The notes under the pieces are model-generated. The model worked only from the letters and a program-made list of their open reading frames with translations, did not search any database and was not told the origin of the DNA. A DNA stretch of 64,000 nucleotides from Candidatus Harrisonbacteria bacterium (GTDB taxonomy: Bacteria; Patescibacteriota; Minisyncoccia; UBA6257; 02-FULL-45-10c), in assembly GCA_016192685.1 (NCBI GenBank), contig JACPTS010000001.1:458628-522627 (forward strand), given 5' to 3'. Position numbers and translations under genes: made by a program. Of the stretch, positions 38,659 through 48,936 are shown one piece after another (positions within the stretch are counted from its first letter, which is position 1; each line of letters begins with the position of its first letter).

Positions 38659-40172
38659 AATATATGCCAACAATTGGTTTAGAGATTCATTCGGAGCTTA
38701 AAACAGCAACGAAAATGTTTTGTGATTGTCCGAACGACCCGGATGAGAAGCACCCCAATACCAATGTCTGCCCGATTTGCTTGGGACATCCGGGAGTTTT
38801 ACCGACCATTAATAAAAAAGCCGTAGAGTCAATTATTAAAATTGGTTTCACGGTTAGCGGGAAAATTAATGAAAATTTTAAATTTGACCGGAAAAATTAT
38901 TTTTATCCGGATTTGCCGAAAGGTTACCAGATTTCCCAATATGATTTGCCGATTGTGAAAGGCGGCAGTCTGGATATTTCCGATAGACTGGGAATGACTA
39001 AAATTGTTTATTTAGATAGAGTGCATTTAGAAGAAGACGCCGCGAGGCTAGTACACGGCGGTAGCCCTTCGACAAGGGCTTCGACTGAGCTCAGCCGAAT
39101 GTCCTCAGGGCAACAAGCTTCGCTTGTTGATTTTAATCGTGGCGGTGTTCCGCTGATGGAGTTAGTTACCGAACCCAATATGCATACAGCCGAAGAAGCG
39201 GTAGCTTTTGCCAAAGAATTACAGTTGATTTTGCGGTATTTGGAAGTTTCGGACGCGGATTTGGAAAGAGGCCAGATGAGATTTGACGCGAATATTAGTT
39301 TGACGAACGATCAACAACCAACGACTAACGACAAGTTAGGGACTAAAGTTGAAATCAAGAATTTAAATTCTTTTGCGGCATTGGAACAAGCAATTCAACA
39401 CGAAATAGAGCGCCAAACCGAAGTTTTAGAAAGCAGTAAGTTTGTAAAGCAAGAAACTCGCGGCTGGGATGACGTAAAAAAGAAAACTGTCAGCCAGCGG
39501 TCAAAAGAAGAAGCCCATGATTACCGTTATTTCCCGGAACCGGATTTGCCGCCGCTGGAAGCTTCGGCTTTTGATTTAGCGAGTTTGAAACTAGCTGTTC
39601 CGGAATTGCCCAAAGAAAAAAGGCAGCGTTTTAAAGAACAGCTTGGCTTAAATTTTGAGCAGGCCGATCTTTTGGCGGAAGATCGCCAAGCCGCCGCTTA
39701 TTTTGAAGAAGCGATTTCGGAATTAGAGGCAGACAGCGGTTTATCAGCCGGCAAAGAAAAAATCCAGCTGGCATTTAATTATTTAACCAGTGATCTCCGC
39801 GGTTTGATGAAAGAATACGAATTAAGCTTTGAAAGCTTAAAAATTACTCCGGAGAACTTTGGGGATTTAATTGAGATGATTTCTAAAAAAGAAATTTCCA
39901 GCCGCACCGCCAAAGATTTATTAGTGAAGATGCTGGAGGGCGTAGACCCCCGAACACTGGTAGAAAATGAAGGACTGGCTCAAGTATCGGAGGAAAGCGC
40001 CTTATTAGAAACCATTAAAAAGGTTATTTCGGAAAATCCGGCGGCAGTTGCGGATTATAAAAAAGGAAAATCCAACGCCTTGCAGTTTTTAGTTGGCAAA
40101 GCAATGGCGGAACTTGGGGGCAGAGGGAACCCATCGGTTTTAAAATCCTTATTTGAAAAAGAATTGGAGTGA
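38655..40172 (+). CDS. gatB: Asp/Glu-tRNA amidotransferase subunit B
   Basis: GatB N-terminal CxxC, HLEEDA motif, C-terminal GatB_Yqey region; contains a GC-rich in-frame insertion. Confidence 0.85.
   Translation: MKYMPTIGLEIHSELKTATKMFCDCPNDPDEKHPNTNVCPICLGHPGVLPTINKKAVESIIKIGFTVSGKINENFKFDRKNYFYPDLPKGYQISQYDLPIVKGGSLDISDRLGMTKIVYLDRVHLEEDAARLVHGGSPSTRASTELSRMSSGQQASLVDFNRGGVPLMELVTEPNMHTAEEAVAFAKELQLILRYLEVSDADLERGQMRFDANISLTNDQQPTTNDKLGTKVEIKNLNSFAALEQAIQHEIERQTEVLESSKFVKQETRGWDDVKKKTVSQRSKEEAHDYRYFPEPDLPPLEASAFDLASLKLAVPELPKEKRQRFKEQLGLNFEQADLLAEDRQAAAYFEEAISELEADSGLSAGKEKIQLAFNYLTSDLRGLMKEYELSFESLKITPENFGDLIEMISKKEISSRTAKDLLVKMLEGVDPRTLVENEGLAQVSEESALLETIKKVISENPAAVADYKKGKSNALQFLVGKAMAELGGRGNPSVLKSLFEKELE
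39035..39130 (+). repeat. GC-rich palindromic element inserted in-frame in gatB
   Basis: Hairpins agccctt cgac aagggct, ctgagctcag and caacaagc ttcg cttgttg directly after the HLEEDA motif; shares the 9-mer ccgcgaggc with the ligA element. Confidence 0.45.
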
Positions 40173-40198
40173 TGGTATAATTTATTTAGTTTTAATTT

Positions 40199-40432
40199 AT
40201 GGAGCCAGAAATGAATCCGCATAAAGAAATTGAAGAGATTATTAGGCAGACGCAAAAAGAGCGTTTAAGAAAAGAGAGATTAATGGCGGAACAAAAAATT
40301 CTGGCGCGCGAGAAAGCCATCAGAGAAACAGAAGAAGGAATAAAGCAAGCAGGCGTTACGGCCGAAGATATAGAACAATTAGAAAAGGCAGTCCGAATTC
40401 AAAGATTAAAAAAACCCGATTCTCAAATATAA
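40199..40432 (+). CDS. Hypothetical small charged protein
   Basis: 77 aa, coiled-coil-like. Confidence 0.3.
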   Translation: MEPEMNPHKEIEEIIRQTQKERLRKERLMAEQKILAREKAIRETEEGIKQAGVTAEDIEQLEKAVRIQRLKKPDSQI

Positions 40433-40459
40433 TGACCGCTCCCGGAGCGGTCATTTTTT
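40431..40459. terminator. Bidirectional intrinsic terminator
   Basis: aatgaccgctcc cgga gcggtcatt followed by tttt; convergent with thrS. Confidence 0.65.
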
Positions 40460-42221
40460 ATGACGAGTTTGTCCTATTTTTTATTTCTTCCCTAAGCTTT
40501 TCTTTTAAGGATTCCAATTTCATATTGCCAAGAACGCCGGTTTTATAATGGCGGACATTCGCGCTATTTTGTTCAATTTCTTTATCTCCAGCCACTAATA
40601 TATAAGGAATTTTTTGAAGCTGGGCGTTTCGGATTTTTTTACCCAGCGTTTCATTTTCTTCGGAAATTTCCGCGCGGAATTCGGAAAGTTCTGACTTTAA
40701 TTTTTTCGCGTAATCAAGATGTTTTTCGGAAATCGGGACAATGGCGATTTGAACCGGCGCGAGCCAAAGCGGAAAAGCGCCGCCGAAGTGTTCAATAAGA
40801 ATTCCCAAAAATCTTTCGGTGGAACCAAGGATAGCGCGGTGAATTACTACCGGCTGCTGTTTTTTCCCAGCGGCATCGGTATATTCCAGTTCAAATCTTT
40901 TTGGCAGGTTCATATCCAATTGGATGGTAGACAGCTGCCATTCGCGGCCAAGGACATCTTTTAATATGAAATCCAGTTTTGGCCCGTAAAATGCGGCTTC
41001 GCCCACGCCGATTTCACTGCGCCAGCCGCGCTTGGCAATCAGGGTTTTCAGAGCGGCTTCTGATTCTTGCCAGACTTTCGGATTGCCGATGTATTTCTCT
41101 TTATTTTTTGGGTCGCTGACGGAAATTCTTATCCAAAAATCTTTAAAGCCAAAATCTTGATAAGCTTGGCCAATCATATCCAGCATCAGATTGATTTCGG
41201 ATTCAATTTGTTCCGGAGCGCAAAATACGTGGCAATCGTCCTGGGTTAGCGCCCGAACTCTGGTTAAACCGGAAAGCTCGCCGCTTTTTTCATAGCGGTA
41301 GTTGGTGGTGGTGGCAGTGTAGCGAAGCGGCAAATCGCGGTAAGAATGAGGTTCGGTTTTATAAAGCATCATAAAATGCGGGCAGTTCATCGGTTTCAGA
41401 TAATAATCAGCCTCATCTTTTAATTTCATTGGCGGATACATCGCGTCGTATTTATCTAAATGCCCGGAAATTTTATAAAGTTCGCCTTTAGTAATATGCG
41501 GTATCCAGATTGGCACATAGCCGTTTTTTTCCTGGAGTTCAATGATATAGTTTTCCACCAAGCGGCGGAGAATCGCGCCTTTGGGATAAAAAAGCGGCAG
41601 GCCCGGACCAATTTCATCAATAATGGTAAATAAGCCGAGTTCTTTTCCAAGTTTTCTATGGTCGCGTTTTTTTGCTTCTTCCACCATTTTTAAATGTTCT
41701 TCCAGTTCTTGTTTAGTATTAAAAGCCAGGCCGTAGATTCTGGTGAGCATTGGATTTTTTTCACTGCCGCGCCAATAAGCGCCAGCCAAGTGAGTTAATT
41801 TAAATGATTCAGGATTAATTTCTTTGGTATTTTTCACATGCCCCCCGCGGCAAAGGTCGGTAAAGATATCACCAGTATGATAAATAGTCAGCGGTTTTTT
41901 ATCTTTAGAAAATTCTTTAATTAAATCTAGCTTAAACGGCTGGCCTTTAAACATTTTTTTAGCCTTTAGGGGCGTGAGTTTTTCGCCTTTAAAATCCAGG
42001 CCGGCTTTAATCAGCGAGCGCATTTCGTTTTCCAGCCGTTCTAAATCAGCTTCAGCTATCGGTTTGGGAAACTGGAAATCATAATAAAACCCGTTTTCAA
42101 TCACCGGACCAATGCCGAGTTTAGTTTTCGGATATTTTTTAAGCACTGCCGCCGCCAGCAAGTGCGCCAGCGAGTGCCGAATTTCTTCTAGTGATGACAT
42201 AAAGACTTGCGAAGTTAACAT
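40458..42221 (-). CDS. thrS: Threonyl-tRNA synthetase
   Basis: Class II motifs, HRAILGSTERF, N-terminal second additional domain (SAD, HxxxH Zn motif), C-terminal anticodon-binding domain; 587 aa. Confidence 0.85.
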   Translation of the reverse strand: MLTSQVFMSSLEEIRHSLAHLLAAAVLKKYPKTKLGIGPVIENGFYYDFQFPKPIAEADLERLENEMRSLIKAGLDFKGEKLTPLKAKKMFKGQPFKLDLIKEFSKDKKPLTIYHTGDIFTDLCRGGHVKNTKEINPESFKLTHLAGAYWRGSEKNPMLTRIYGLAFNTKQELEEHLKMVEEAKKRDHRKLGKELGLFTIIDEIGPGLPLFYPKGAILRRLVENYIIELQEKNGYVPIWIPHITKGELYKISGHLDKYDAMYPPMKLKDEADYYLKPMNCPHFMMLYKTEPHSYRDLPLRYTATTTNYRYEKSGELSGLTRVRALTQDDCHVFCAPEQIESEINLMLDMIGQAYQDFGFKDFWIRISVSDPKNKEKYIGNPKVWQESEAALKTLIAKRGWRSEIGVGEAAFYGPKLDFILKDVLGREWQLSTIQLDMNLPKRFELEYTDAAGKKQQPVVIHRAILGSTERFLGILIEHFGGAFPLWLAPVQIAIVPISEKHLDYAKKLKSELSEFRAEISEENETLGKKIRNAQLQKIPYILVAGDKEIEQNSANVRHYKTGVLGNMKLESLKEKLREEIKNRTNSS

Positions 42222-42271
42222 TATTTATTATATACTATTTTTAGCACAGTTACATTAAAGTTTGGGGCAGA

Positions 42272-42652
42272 ATGTTGAGTGAAAAAGAAGTAGAAAATAT
42301 TTGTAGAAAAGCCAAAGAAGGTAAGCTTAGCGAAATCGCCGCTTTTTTAAAAGATAAACTTGGAAGCAGATTGACTACTTTAATTAGCGGCAAACATGAC
42401 GCAAGCATTTTGGATTTATGGATAAGTGGACAAGAAAAGCCAACTAACATAGAAGAATTGCGTTTGCGTTACGGGTATGAAGCAACGGCGTTAGTAGTTG
42501 CTGAATTTGGCGCCGAAACAGCTAGGGCATGGTTTATGGGCACCCACGAAGAGTTGAATGATGGTTCTCCAGCTTGTTGGTTAGCAGATCATGAAAAAGA
42601 AGAGGATTTAAAATTAGTTGTTAGTGACGTAAAAGGTTTCCTTTATAGATAA
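42272..42652 (+). CDS. Hypothetical protein
   Basis: 126 aa, followed by a terminator-like hairpin. Confidence 0.35.
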   Translation: MLSEKEVENICRKAKEGKLSEIAAFLKDKLGSRLTTLISGKHDASILDLWISGQEKPTNIEELRLRYGYEATALVVAEFGAETARAWFMGTHEELNDGSPACWLADHEKEEDLKLVVSDVKGFLYR

Positions 42653-42751
42653 ATAGTTTTATAAAACCTCGCATCCTGCGGGGTTTTTTTAATTTGATAT
42701 TTTATTTAAACCCTGTTATTTTATTTATAGCAAATTGAAAAGGCATTAGAG

Positions 42752-44140
42752 ATGGAAGAACAGACAGCGGTTGAAGAAGATAAGAAGGTTTGGAGTTTAT
42801 TGGTGAATGATATGTTATTTGGATTGGCAGGCAAACCTAGAAAGTGGGAAGATTGGAAGTTCTCCCAACCCCTTCAAGAACGAAGAATATTCGTTTTTAA
42901 TACATTAAAGGAAACAATCAAAGCTGATAGGAAGAAAAATCGCTTAGCCTGCAAGCAAGCCATAATTCTTGCCAGGCACTTCAAGCTTTTGGAAACAGAA
43001 CCCTTGGAAATCCAGGAATTGTATCTCCAAGTTTTTGTGATGACCGAATTTATGTTATCCGGACCAAATAGTTTTTCTAATTTGATAGAAAATCCGTTTT
43101 TATTTGAAGAGCAGCTGTTTTGGCGGCAAATTGCCGTTCATAATCTTAGTTTGTCACATGAATTTCAGAAGTATAATCTTAATTGGGAACATTGGTTAAA
43201 TTATCCTCCTGCCCGTTTTGAATCAAGAGTTAATAATGAAAATCAAGATGTTCTATGGGCTAAGCTTAATCAAGAATTGGATGCGCTAGTGGCGATGTTT
43301 GCGAATCATTCGTTACAACCAAGCCTTAGAAAAGATTGCATTGCCATTAAGAAAATGAAAAAAGAAATTCTGGCTGGCGAATTGGTTTTGTTGCGACGGT
43401 TTTTCCCGCGGTTTTTCCCGCTATATTATAAAACTCTTGATTATTTAAAGAAAAAAGGTCAACCAATCAGCGATCTATTGTCTAAGTTTGAAAGACCGGA
43501 TTTAATTAAGCAATTAATTTTGGAATTGGGGGAAATTAAAAGTAGGAATTTTATAATCAAGCTTTGGGAACGCGATTTTGGAAACTTATATTCGGGTAAT
43601 TATATAGGCAATTGTTTGGCAATTGGAAATAAAGGTTCTTGTCCAGTCATAACTCTTCCTGGGGTTCCGGGGGAAAAACGGCCGGCTGGAATTTTGGATT
43701 ACTTAGTTGATAAGGGGATTCAAGTGGTGGAGATTATGGAATGTAAAAATGGAGATGAGTATTATGTCGGGCAATGCTATCTTTATGTTTTTTTGGACAA
43801 TGGCAAGCCGGTTTTAATGGCGGATTCCATTGATTTTCGTCCGATTTATCAGTTAAGCCGCCGGAAATCTTTAAATTTTAAAATTAGAACCGAGCTGTTT
43901 AAATTTTTAATGGGTTATGCCAGCGCTATCGGCATTGAAAGGGTGGTAATAGCTAAAAATGGTCCGATATTGGAATCCGGTAAAAATAAAGGGGAGAGGC
44001 ACGTGATCGGCAATGACGTGGATGTTTCGGATTTGCTGGAAGTTAATTTTGAAAAGATTGAGAAGCTTGGCGGCTACTGGAATCATCAGCCTTATTTTCT
44101 GGAAAGCGTCGGCGGCACGGAAGCTTTTGTCATTAGGTAA
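42752..44140 (+). CDS. Hypothetical protein
   Basis: 462 aa, no recognisable motif. Confidence 0.4.
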   Translation: MEEQTAVEEDKKVWSLLVNDMLFGLAGKPRKWEDWKFSQPLQERRIFVFNTLKETIKADRKKNRLACKQAIILARHFKLLETEPLEIQELYLQVFVMTEFMLSGPNSFSNLIENPFLFEEQLFWRQIAVHNLSLSHEFQKYNLNWEHWLNYPPARFESRVNNENQDVLWAKLNQELDALVAMFANHSLQPSLRKDCIAIKKMKKEILAGELVLLRRFFPRFFPLYYKTLDYLKKKGQPISDLLSKFERPDLIKQLILELGEIKSRNFIIKLWERDFGNLYSGNYIGNCLAIGNKGSCPVITLPGVPGEKRPAGILDYLVDKGIQVVEIMECKNGDEYYVGQCYLYVFLDNGKPVLMADSIDFRPIYQLSRRKSLNFKIRTELFKFLMGYASAIGIERVVIAKNGPILESGKNKGERHVIGNDVDVSDLLEVNFEKIEKLGGYWNHQPYFLESVGGTEAFVIR

Positions 44141-44144
44141 ATCT

Positions 44145-44172
44145 AAAACCTCGTATTGCGAGGTTTTTTTAT
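44145..44172 (+). terminator. Intrinsic terminator
   Basis: aaaacctcg tatt gcgaggttttttt; followed by a 34-nt near-perfect palindrome agttaacaatgctacgatcgtagcgttgttaact at the dnaE 3' end. Confidence 0.6.
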
Positions 44173-44214
44173 TTAGTTAACAATGCTACGATCGTAGCGT
44201 TGTTAACTAAAAGG

Positions 44215-47200
44215 CTAAAGTTCTTTTACGGAATCGCAAATCAGTTTTGGTTCGCCGTTCCGCCAAGACATTTTTCCGGAGACCAGTACGGCGTTATTTT
44301 CCCGCCAGACCGGCAGAGTTTTTTGGAGCGTGTCGGAAAAGACGATGACTTCCAGAGAATCATTAAAATCTTCCACTTTGGCAAAAACCATTTGTTGGCC
44401 GAGCTTGGTCATTACTCGCTGGACTTTGGAAACAATGCCGGCAATTTTCGGCCTGGGCGCGTATCCGTCTTCAGTTTTAACAAGCAAATTTTTTATCGGT
44501 TGGGAACCGGATTTTTCAATTTTATCTCTGTGCTGGTTCAGGGGGTGGTCGGAAATATAAAGTCCCAGCAATTCTTTTTCCCAGGTGAGTTTTTCCTGTG
44601 ATGTCGCGGTTGGGGCAGATTTTAATTTGAGCGCGTTTGAGGAAACAGTATGGCCGCCAAAAAGAGAAAATTGGTTAGTCTGTTTGGATTTTCTAAGAGT
44701 GTTCGCGAAACTGATAATTTCTTCAATATTAGCAAGTCCGGCGTTTCTTTCCATGCCAAGAGAATCCAGCGCCCCGCATTTTAACAAGCTTTCCAGAGAT
44801 TTTTTATTTAAATCCTTGTGCTCCACCCTTTGGAGAAAATCAGTAAAATTTTTATAGGGGCCGGATTTTTGCCGTTCGGCAACAATGGCTTCCACCACAT
44901 TTTGCCCGACATTTTTGATGGCCAGAAGCCCAAACCGGATATTTTTTTGGTCGGGCGTGAAATTCGCAAGGCTGGCATTGATATCCGGCGGCAATACATT
45001 TATTCCGGCTTTTTTCGCTTCCGCGATTAAAAAGGCCATTCGTTCCACGTCGCCGGCATCCGCATTGAATAAACTGGTGTAAAATTCCACCGGATAATGG
45101 GCGCGAAGATAAGCAGTCTGGTAGCCAATGATCGCGTAACAGGCGGCGTGCGACCGGTTGAACCCATACCGGTCAAAAGGTTCTATGAGAGTCCAGAAAT
45201 GTTCCGCGATTTCTTTTTTTACGCCGTTTTTAATCGCCCCGTTGATAACTTTTTCTTTTTGTTCCTGCATCAGCGATTTTATTTTTTTGCCGACAGCTTT
45301 CCGAAGAAGATCTGCTTCCGATAGCGTGAATCCGGAGAGCGCCCGCACGCCTGCCATTAATTGTTCTTGATAAATCATAATACCGTAGGTATTTTTTAAA
45401 ACCGGCTCCAAAAGCGGATGAAGATAAGCCACTCGTTCTTTGCCGAATTTTCTTTTCAGGTATTGCGGAATAAGTTCCATCGGCCCGGGACGGTAAAGAG
45501 AAATCATGGCAATAATATCTTCCAGTTCGGTAGGTTTTAATTCTTTTAAATATCTGCGCATGCCGCTGGATTCCAGCTGGAAAACTCCGGTGGTATCGGC
45601 AGCTTGTAAAATTGCGAAAGTTTTTTTATCATCCAGCGGAATTCGGCTGATGTTAATTCTTTCTCTGCCCGCGTCTTCAACGAGCCGCAAGGTGTCTTCA
45701 ATTATGGTTAAGTTTTTAATTCCCAGAAGATCCATTTTTAAAAGTCCCAAATCTTCCACGCTGTGCATTTCAAATTGGGTGATAATGGTATTTTCATCTT
45801 GCGGCGCGTATTGGATCGGCATATATTCGGTTAGGGGCTCTTTGGAAATAACAATGCCGCAGGCGTGGACTGAAGCATGCCGAACAACGCCCTCTAAATT
45901 TCTAGCGGCATCCAGCACCCGTTTTGCGTCCGGATTGTCGCGATACATCGCCTTTAGTTCAGAGACATTTTTTAAACATTCATCCAGCCAGCCCTCTTTC
46001 ATTCCTTGAGTCGGATTAAAAGGAATAAGTTTGGCGATTTGGTCGCAAAATCCATAATTTAATCCCATAGCCCGGCCGGCATCGCGAATTGCCGCGCGGG
46101 CCGCCATAGTTCCAAAAGTAATAATTTGCGCAACGTGATTTTTGCCGTATTTTTCTTCAATGTATCCCAACACTTCATTCCGGCGGGTGTCGGCAAAGTC
46201 CAAGTCAATATCCGGCATAGAGATTCTTTCCGGATTTAAAAACCTTTCAAAAAGAAGATTGTATTGCAGGGGATCAAGGTCAGTGATATTTAAAATATAA
46301 GAGATTATACTGCCGGCGGCCGAGCCTCGGCCCGGACCAACGACAATGCCGTGATCTTTTGCCCAGTTCACAAAGTCTTGGACAATCAAGAAATAGTCGG
46401 CAAACCCCATTTTTCCAATTACTTCCAGTTCAAATTCAATCCGTTTTTGGATTTCCGGAGTCAAATTAAGATAGCGGACCGAAGTTCGTTCAGTTACTAA
46501 TTCGCAAAGATAAGCATTAGCGGTTTTTTTGTCTGGGACATCAAATTTCGGCAGTTGGATTTTCCCGAGTTCCAATTCTAAATTACATTCGTTGGCTATT
46601 TTAACAGTATTAGCAATGGCTTCGGGGGCATCTTTAAAAAATTCCGCCATTTCTTCAGGAGAACGCAGGGAAAAATCATCATCTTTTAAAGTCAGGCGGT
46701 CGGCATCGGAAAGTTTATTGCCGGTTTGGACGGCGAGTAGGATATCGTGATACGGAGCATCTTCTTTTTTAACGTAATGGATGTCTTGGGTGGCAACGAG
46801 CGGGATGCCGGTGCTGGCAGAGATTTTTTTTAACCCCTCGTTAGCTTTTATGGTTGGCGTGATTCCCGGATGATGGCCGATTTCCAGATAAAAATTTCCC
46901 TTTCCGAAAATTTCCTCGTATTCCCTAGCGGTTTTTTCCGCTCCGGATAAATTATTTTGTAAAATTAATTTTGCCACCTCGCCGGTAATGCAGGCAGAAA
47001 GCGCGATTAACCCCTCATGGTATTGGCGGAGCAAATTTTTGTCTACCCGCGGTTTATAATAGTAGCCTTTGAGATGAGAAATGGTGACTAATTGGATTAA
47101 ATTTTTCCAGCCGGTCTGGTTTTTGGCTAAAAGAATCAGGTGGTAATATTTATTTTCGCCGTTGGAATTTTTTTCTAAATGGTTTTTAGGCGCCACGTAA

Positions 47201-47403
47201 GCTTCCATGCCCAAAATTGGTTTTACTCCGGCCTTTTTCGCCTTTTTATAAAATTCAATGGCGCCGTAGAGCGCGCCATGATCCGTGAGAGCGATAGAAT
47301 CCATTCCCAGTTCTTTAGCGTGGTTTACAATAGCGTCAATTTTTCCAAGGCCGTCAAGAAGCGAGTAGTGGGAATGGGTATGTAAATGGACAAAGCGAGA
47401 CAT
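44215..47403 (-). CDS. dnaE: DNA polymerase III alpha subunit
   Basis: N-terminal PHP domain HLHTHSHYSLLDG, polymerase core, 1062 aa. Confidence 0.9.
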   Translation of the reverse strand: MSRFVHLHTHSHYSLLDGLGKIDAIVNHAKELGMDSIALTDHGALYGAIEFYKKAKKAGVKPILGMEAYVAPKNHLEKNSNGENKYYHLILLAKNQTGWKNLIQLVTISHLKGYYYKPRVDKNLLRQYHEGLIALSACITGEVAKLILQNNLSGAEKTAREYEEIFGKGNFYLEIGHHPGITPTIKANEGLKKISASTGIPLVATQDIHYVKKEDAPYHDILLAVQTGNKLSDADRLTLKDDDFSLRSPEEMAEFFKDAPEAIANTVKIANECNLELELGKIQLPKFDVPDKKTANAYLCELVTERTSVRYLNLTPEIQKRIEFELEVIGKMGFADYFLIVQDFVNWAKDHGIVVGPGRGSAAGSIISYILNITDLDPLQYNLLFERFLNPERISMPDIDLDFADTRRNEVLGYIEEKYGKNHVAQIITFGTMAARAAIRDAGRAMGLNYGFCDQIAKLIPFNPTQGMKEGWLDECLKNVSELKAMYRDNPDAKRVLDAARNLEGVVRHASVHACGIVISKEPLTEYMPIQYAPQDENTIITQFEMHSVEDLGLLKMDLLGIKNLTIIEDTLRLVEDAGRERINISRIPLDDKKTFAILQAADTTGVFQLESSGMRRYLKELKPTELEDIIAMISLYRPGPMELIPQYLKRKFGKERVAYLHPLLEPVLKNTYGIMIYQEQLMAGVRALSGFTLSEADLLRKAVGKKIKSLMQEQKEKVINGAIKNGVKKEIAEHFWTLIEPFDRYGFNRSHAACYAIIGYQTAYLRAHYPVEFYTSLFNADAGDVERMAFLIAEAKKAGINVLPPDINASLANFTPDQKNIRFGLLAIKNVGQNVVEAIVAERQKSGPYKNFTDFLQRVEHKDLNKKSLESLLKCGALDSLGMERNAGLANIEEIISFANTLRKSKQTNQFSLFGGHTVSSNALKLKSAPTATSQEKLTWEKELLGLYISDHPLNQHRDKIEKSGSQPIKNLLVKTEDGYAPRPKIAGIVSKVQRVMTKLGQQMVFAKVEDFNDSLEVIVFSDTLQKTLPVWRENNAVLVSGKMSWRNGEPKLICDSVKEL

Positions 47404-47516
47404 AATAATTAAATTTTACTGCCGGAGCGAAGTTAGAAGCAAGAAATATTGGGGATAAAGGATTGACTTCTTTAAAATCCATGTTAATATTAGAAAATTA
47501 AGATATTTTTATAATT

Positions 47517-47681
47517 ATGGGTGGCGTACCAGTAAAACATCGTTCTAAGTCCGCGGTTGGACATACTCGTTCTCATCAGGCCTTGAAAAAGGTGCCGGTT
47601 TTAGTTTGTTCCAATTGTAGGGCGCCAGTTTTGCCGCACCGAATTTGTCCCAATTGCAAGCAATATCGAAAAAGCGACTAG
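47517..47681 (+). CDS. rpmF: 50S ribosomal protein L32
   Basis: 54 aa MGGVPVKHRSKSAVGHTRSHQALKK...CSNC...CPNC zinc ribbon; not in the ORF track. Confidence 0.8.
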   Translation: MGGVPVKHRSKSAVGHTRSHQALKKVPVLVCSNCRAPVLPHRICPNCKQYRKSD

Positions 47682-47748
47682 TGTTTAGCGACTAGCGACT
47701 AGTAAATTTTAAATAAATACTAGTGGCTAGTGGCTAGTGGCTAGTCCA
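47674..47748 (+). repeat. CTAG-dense inverted tandem repeats forming a long hairpin (3x gcgactag / 3x ctagtggc)
   Basis: 7 CTAG tetramers in 75 nt; arms are complementary with G-U wobbles; AT-rich loop; located between rpmF and nusB. Confidence 0.5.
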
Positions 47749-47755
47749 CTAATGA

Positions 47756-48211
47756 ATGGCAACTCGACAACTTTGCAGATCAATAGTATTGCAATCCCTT
47801 TACGAGTGGGATTTTTATAAACAGAAATCGGATTTGACCGGGATTTTAGAGCGTAATCTCCAGGAGTTCGGCCCGGGAATTGACGAGCCGGAATTTGCCT
47901 GGAAAATTTTAAAAGGCATTATTGACCACAGAAAAGAAATTGATGAGATTATTGAAAAGGCGGCTCCGGATTGGCCGTTAGAGCAGATAGCGATTATTGA
48001 CCGCAACGCGCTCCGGGTCGGCCTTTATGAACTTTTATTCGCGGACCGGCAGGAGGTTCCGCCGAAAGTGGCGATTAACGAAGCCATTGAGATTGCTAAA
48101 AATTACGGCGGCCCGAATTCCGGAAAATTCATAAACGGCGTTTTGGGCACAATTTACCGGGAAATCGGCGAACCGGGCAAGGATGATAAGGCTCCGGAAA
48201 AAAAGGGATGA
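47756..48211 (+). CDS. nusB: Transcription antitermination factor NusB
   Basis: 151 aa NusB-like helical protein upstream of rnc. Confidence 0.7.
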   Translation: MATRQLCRSIVLQSLYEWDFYKQKSDLTGILERNLQEFGPGIDEPEFAWKILKGIIDHRKEIDEIIEKAAPDWPLEQIAIIDRNALRVGLYELLFADRQEVPPKVAINEAIEIAKNYGGPNSGKFINGVLGTIYREIGEPGKDDKAPEKKG

Positions 48212-48897
48212 ATTCAGACAAATTAGAAAATTTAATTTCTTACGATTTTAAAAATAAGGACCTTTTAAAAGAAGCGCTGACTCACCGTTCTTATTTAAAT
48301 GAAAATCCGAAATGGCCGTTGCCGCATAACGAACGGCTGGAATTTTTGGGCGATGCCGTCTTGGAATTGGCGATTACCGAATCTTTATATGAGCAATTTC
48401 CAAAAGAAAGCGAGGGGAAATTAACTACTTTGCGGGCGGCGCTTGTCAATTATCAGATGTTAGCCGGTTTATCCAAGCAGATTAGTCTGGAGAAATTTTT
48501 GCTGATGTCACGAGGGGAGGCCAAAGACACCGGCCGGGCGCGGGAAGTGATTTTGGCTAACGCGATGGAAGCGCTAATCGGAGCGATTTATTTGGATGCG
48601 GATTTTAAACAAGTAAAAAGTTTTGTTTTGAAATTCATTTTTCCGGAAATTAAAGAAGTGCTTCAAAAAGGCCTTGACCGCGACCCTAAAAGCTTGCTTC
48701 AGGAATGGTCGCAGGCAAATTTAAAAATAACCCCGCTTTACAAGCTGATCAGCGAGAAAGGGCCGGATCATAAGAAAGTTTTTACGGTGGCGGTTTATTT
48801 TGGTAAAGAAGAAATAGCGCGAGGCGAAGGAATGTCTAAGCAGGACGCGGAAGTGGAAGCCGCTAAAAAAGCACTTGCAATCAAAGCAATTTTATAG
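48208..48897 (+). CDS. rnc: Ribonuclease III
   Basis: Signature [12 protein letters not shown]-terminal dsRBD. Confidence 0.9.
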   Translation: MNSDKLENLISYDFKNKDLLKEALTHRSYLNENPKWPLPHNERLEFLGDAVLELAITESLYEQFPKESEGKLTTLRAALVNYQMLAGLSKQISLEKFLLMSRGEAKDTGRAREVILANAMEALIGAIYLDADFKQVKSFVLKFIFPEIKEVLQKGLDRDPKSLLQEWSQANLKITPLYKLISEKGPDHKKVFTVAVYFGKEEIARGEGMSKQDAEVEAAKKALAIKAIL

Positions 48898-48936
48898 TTT
48901 TATTTAAGTAGTCTTTGCTCTTAGAAAATTGAATAA

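Noticed and set aside
44200-47385. Numerous 60-170 aa plus-strand ORFs inside dnaE (and similar antisense ORFs inside ftsH, smc, gyrB, thrS, the S8 genes and the KH gene, e.g. 53409..53771-)
   Set aside because: They run antisense to, or out of frame within, long well-supported genes. These are typical shadow ORFs.
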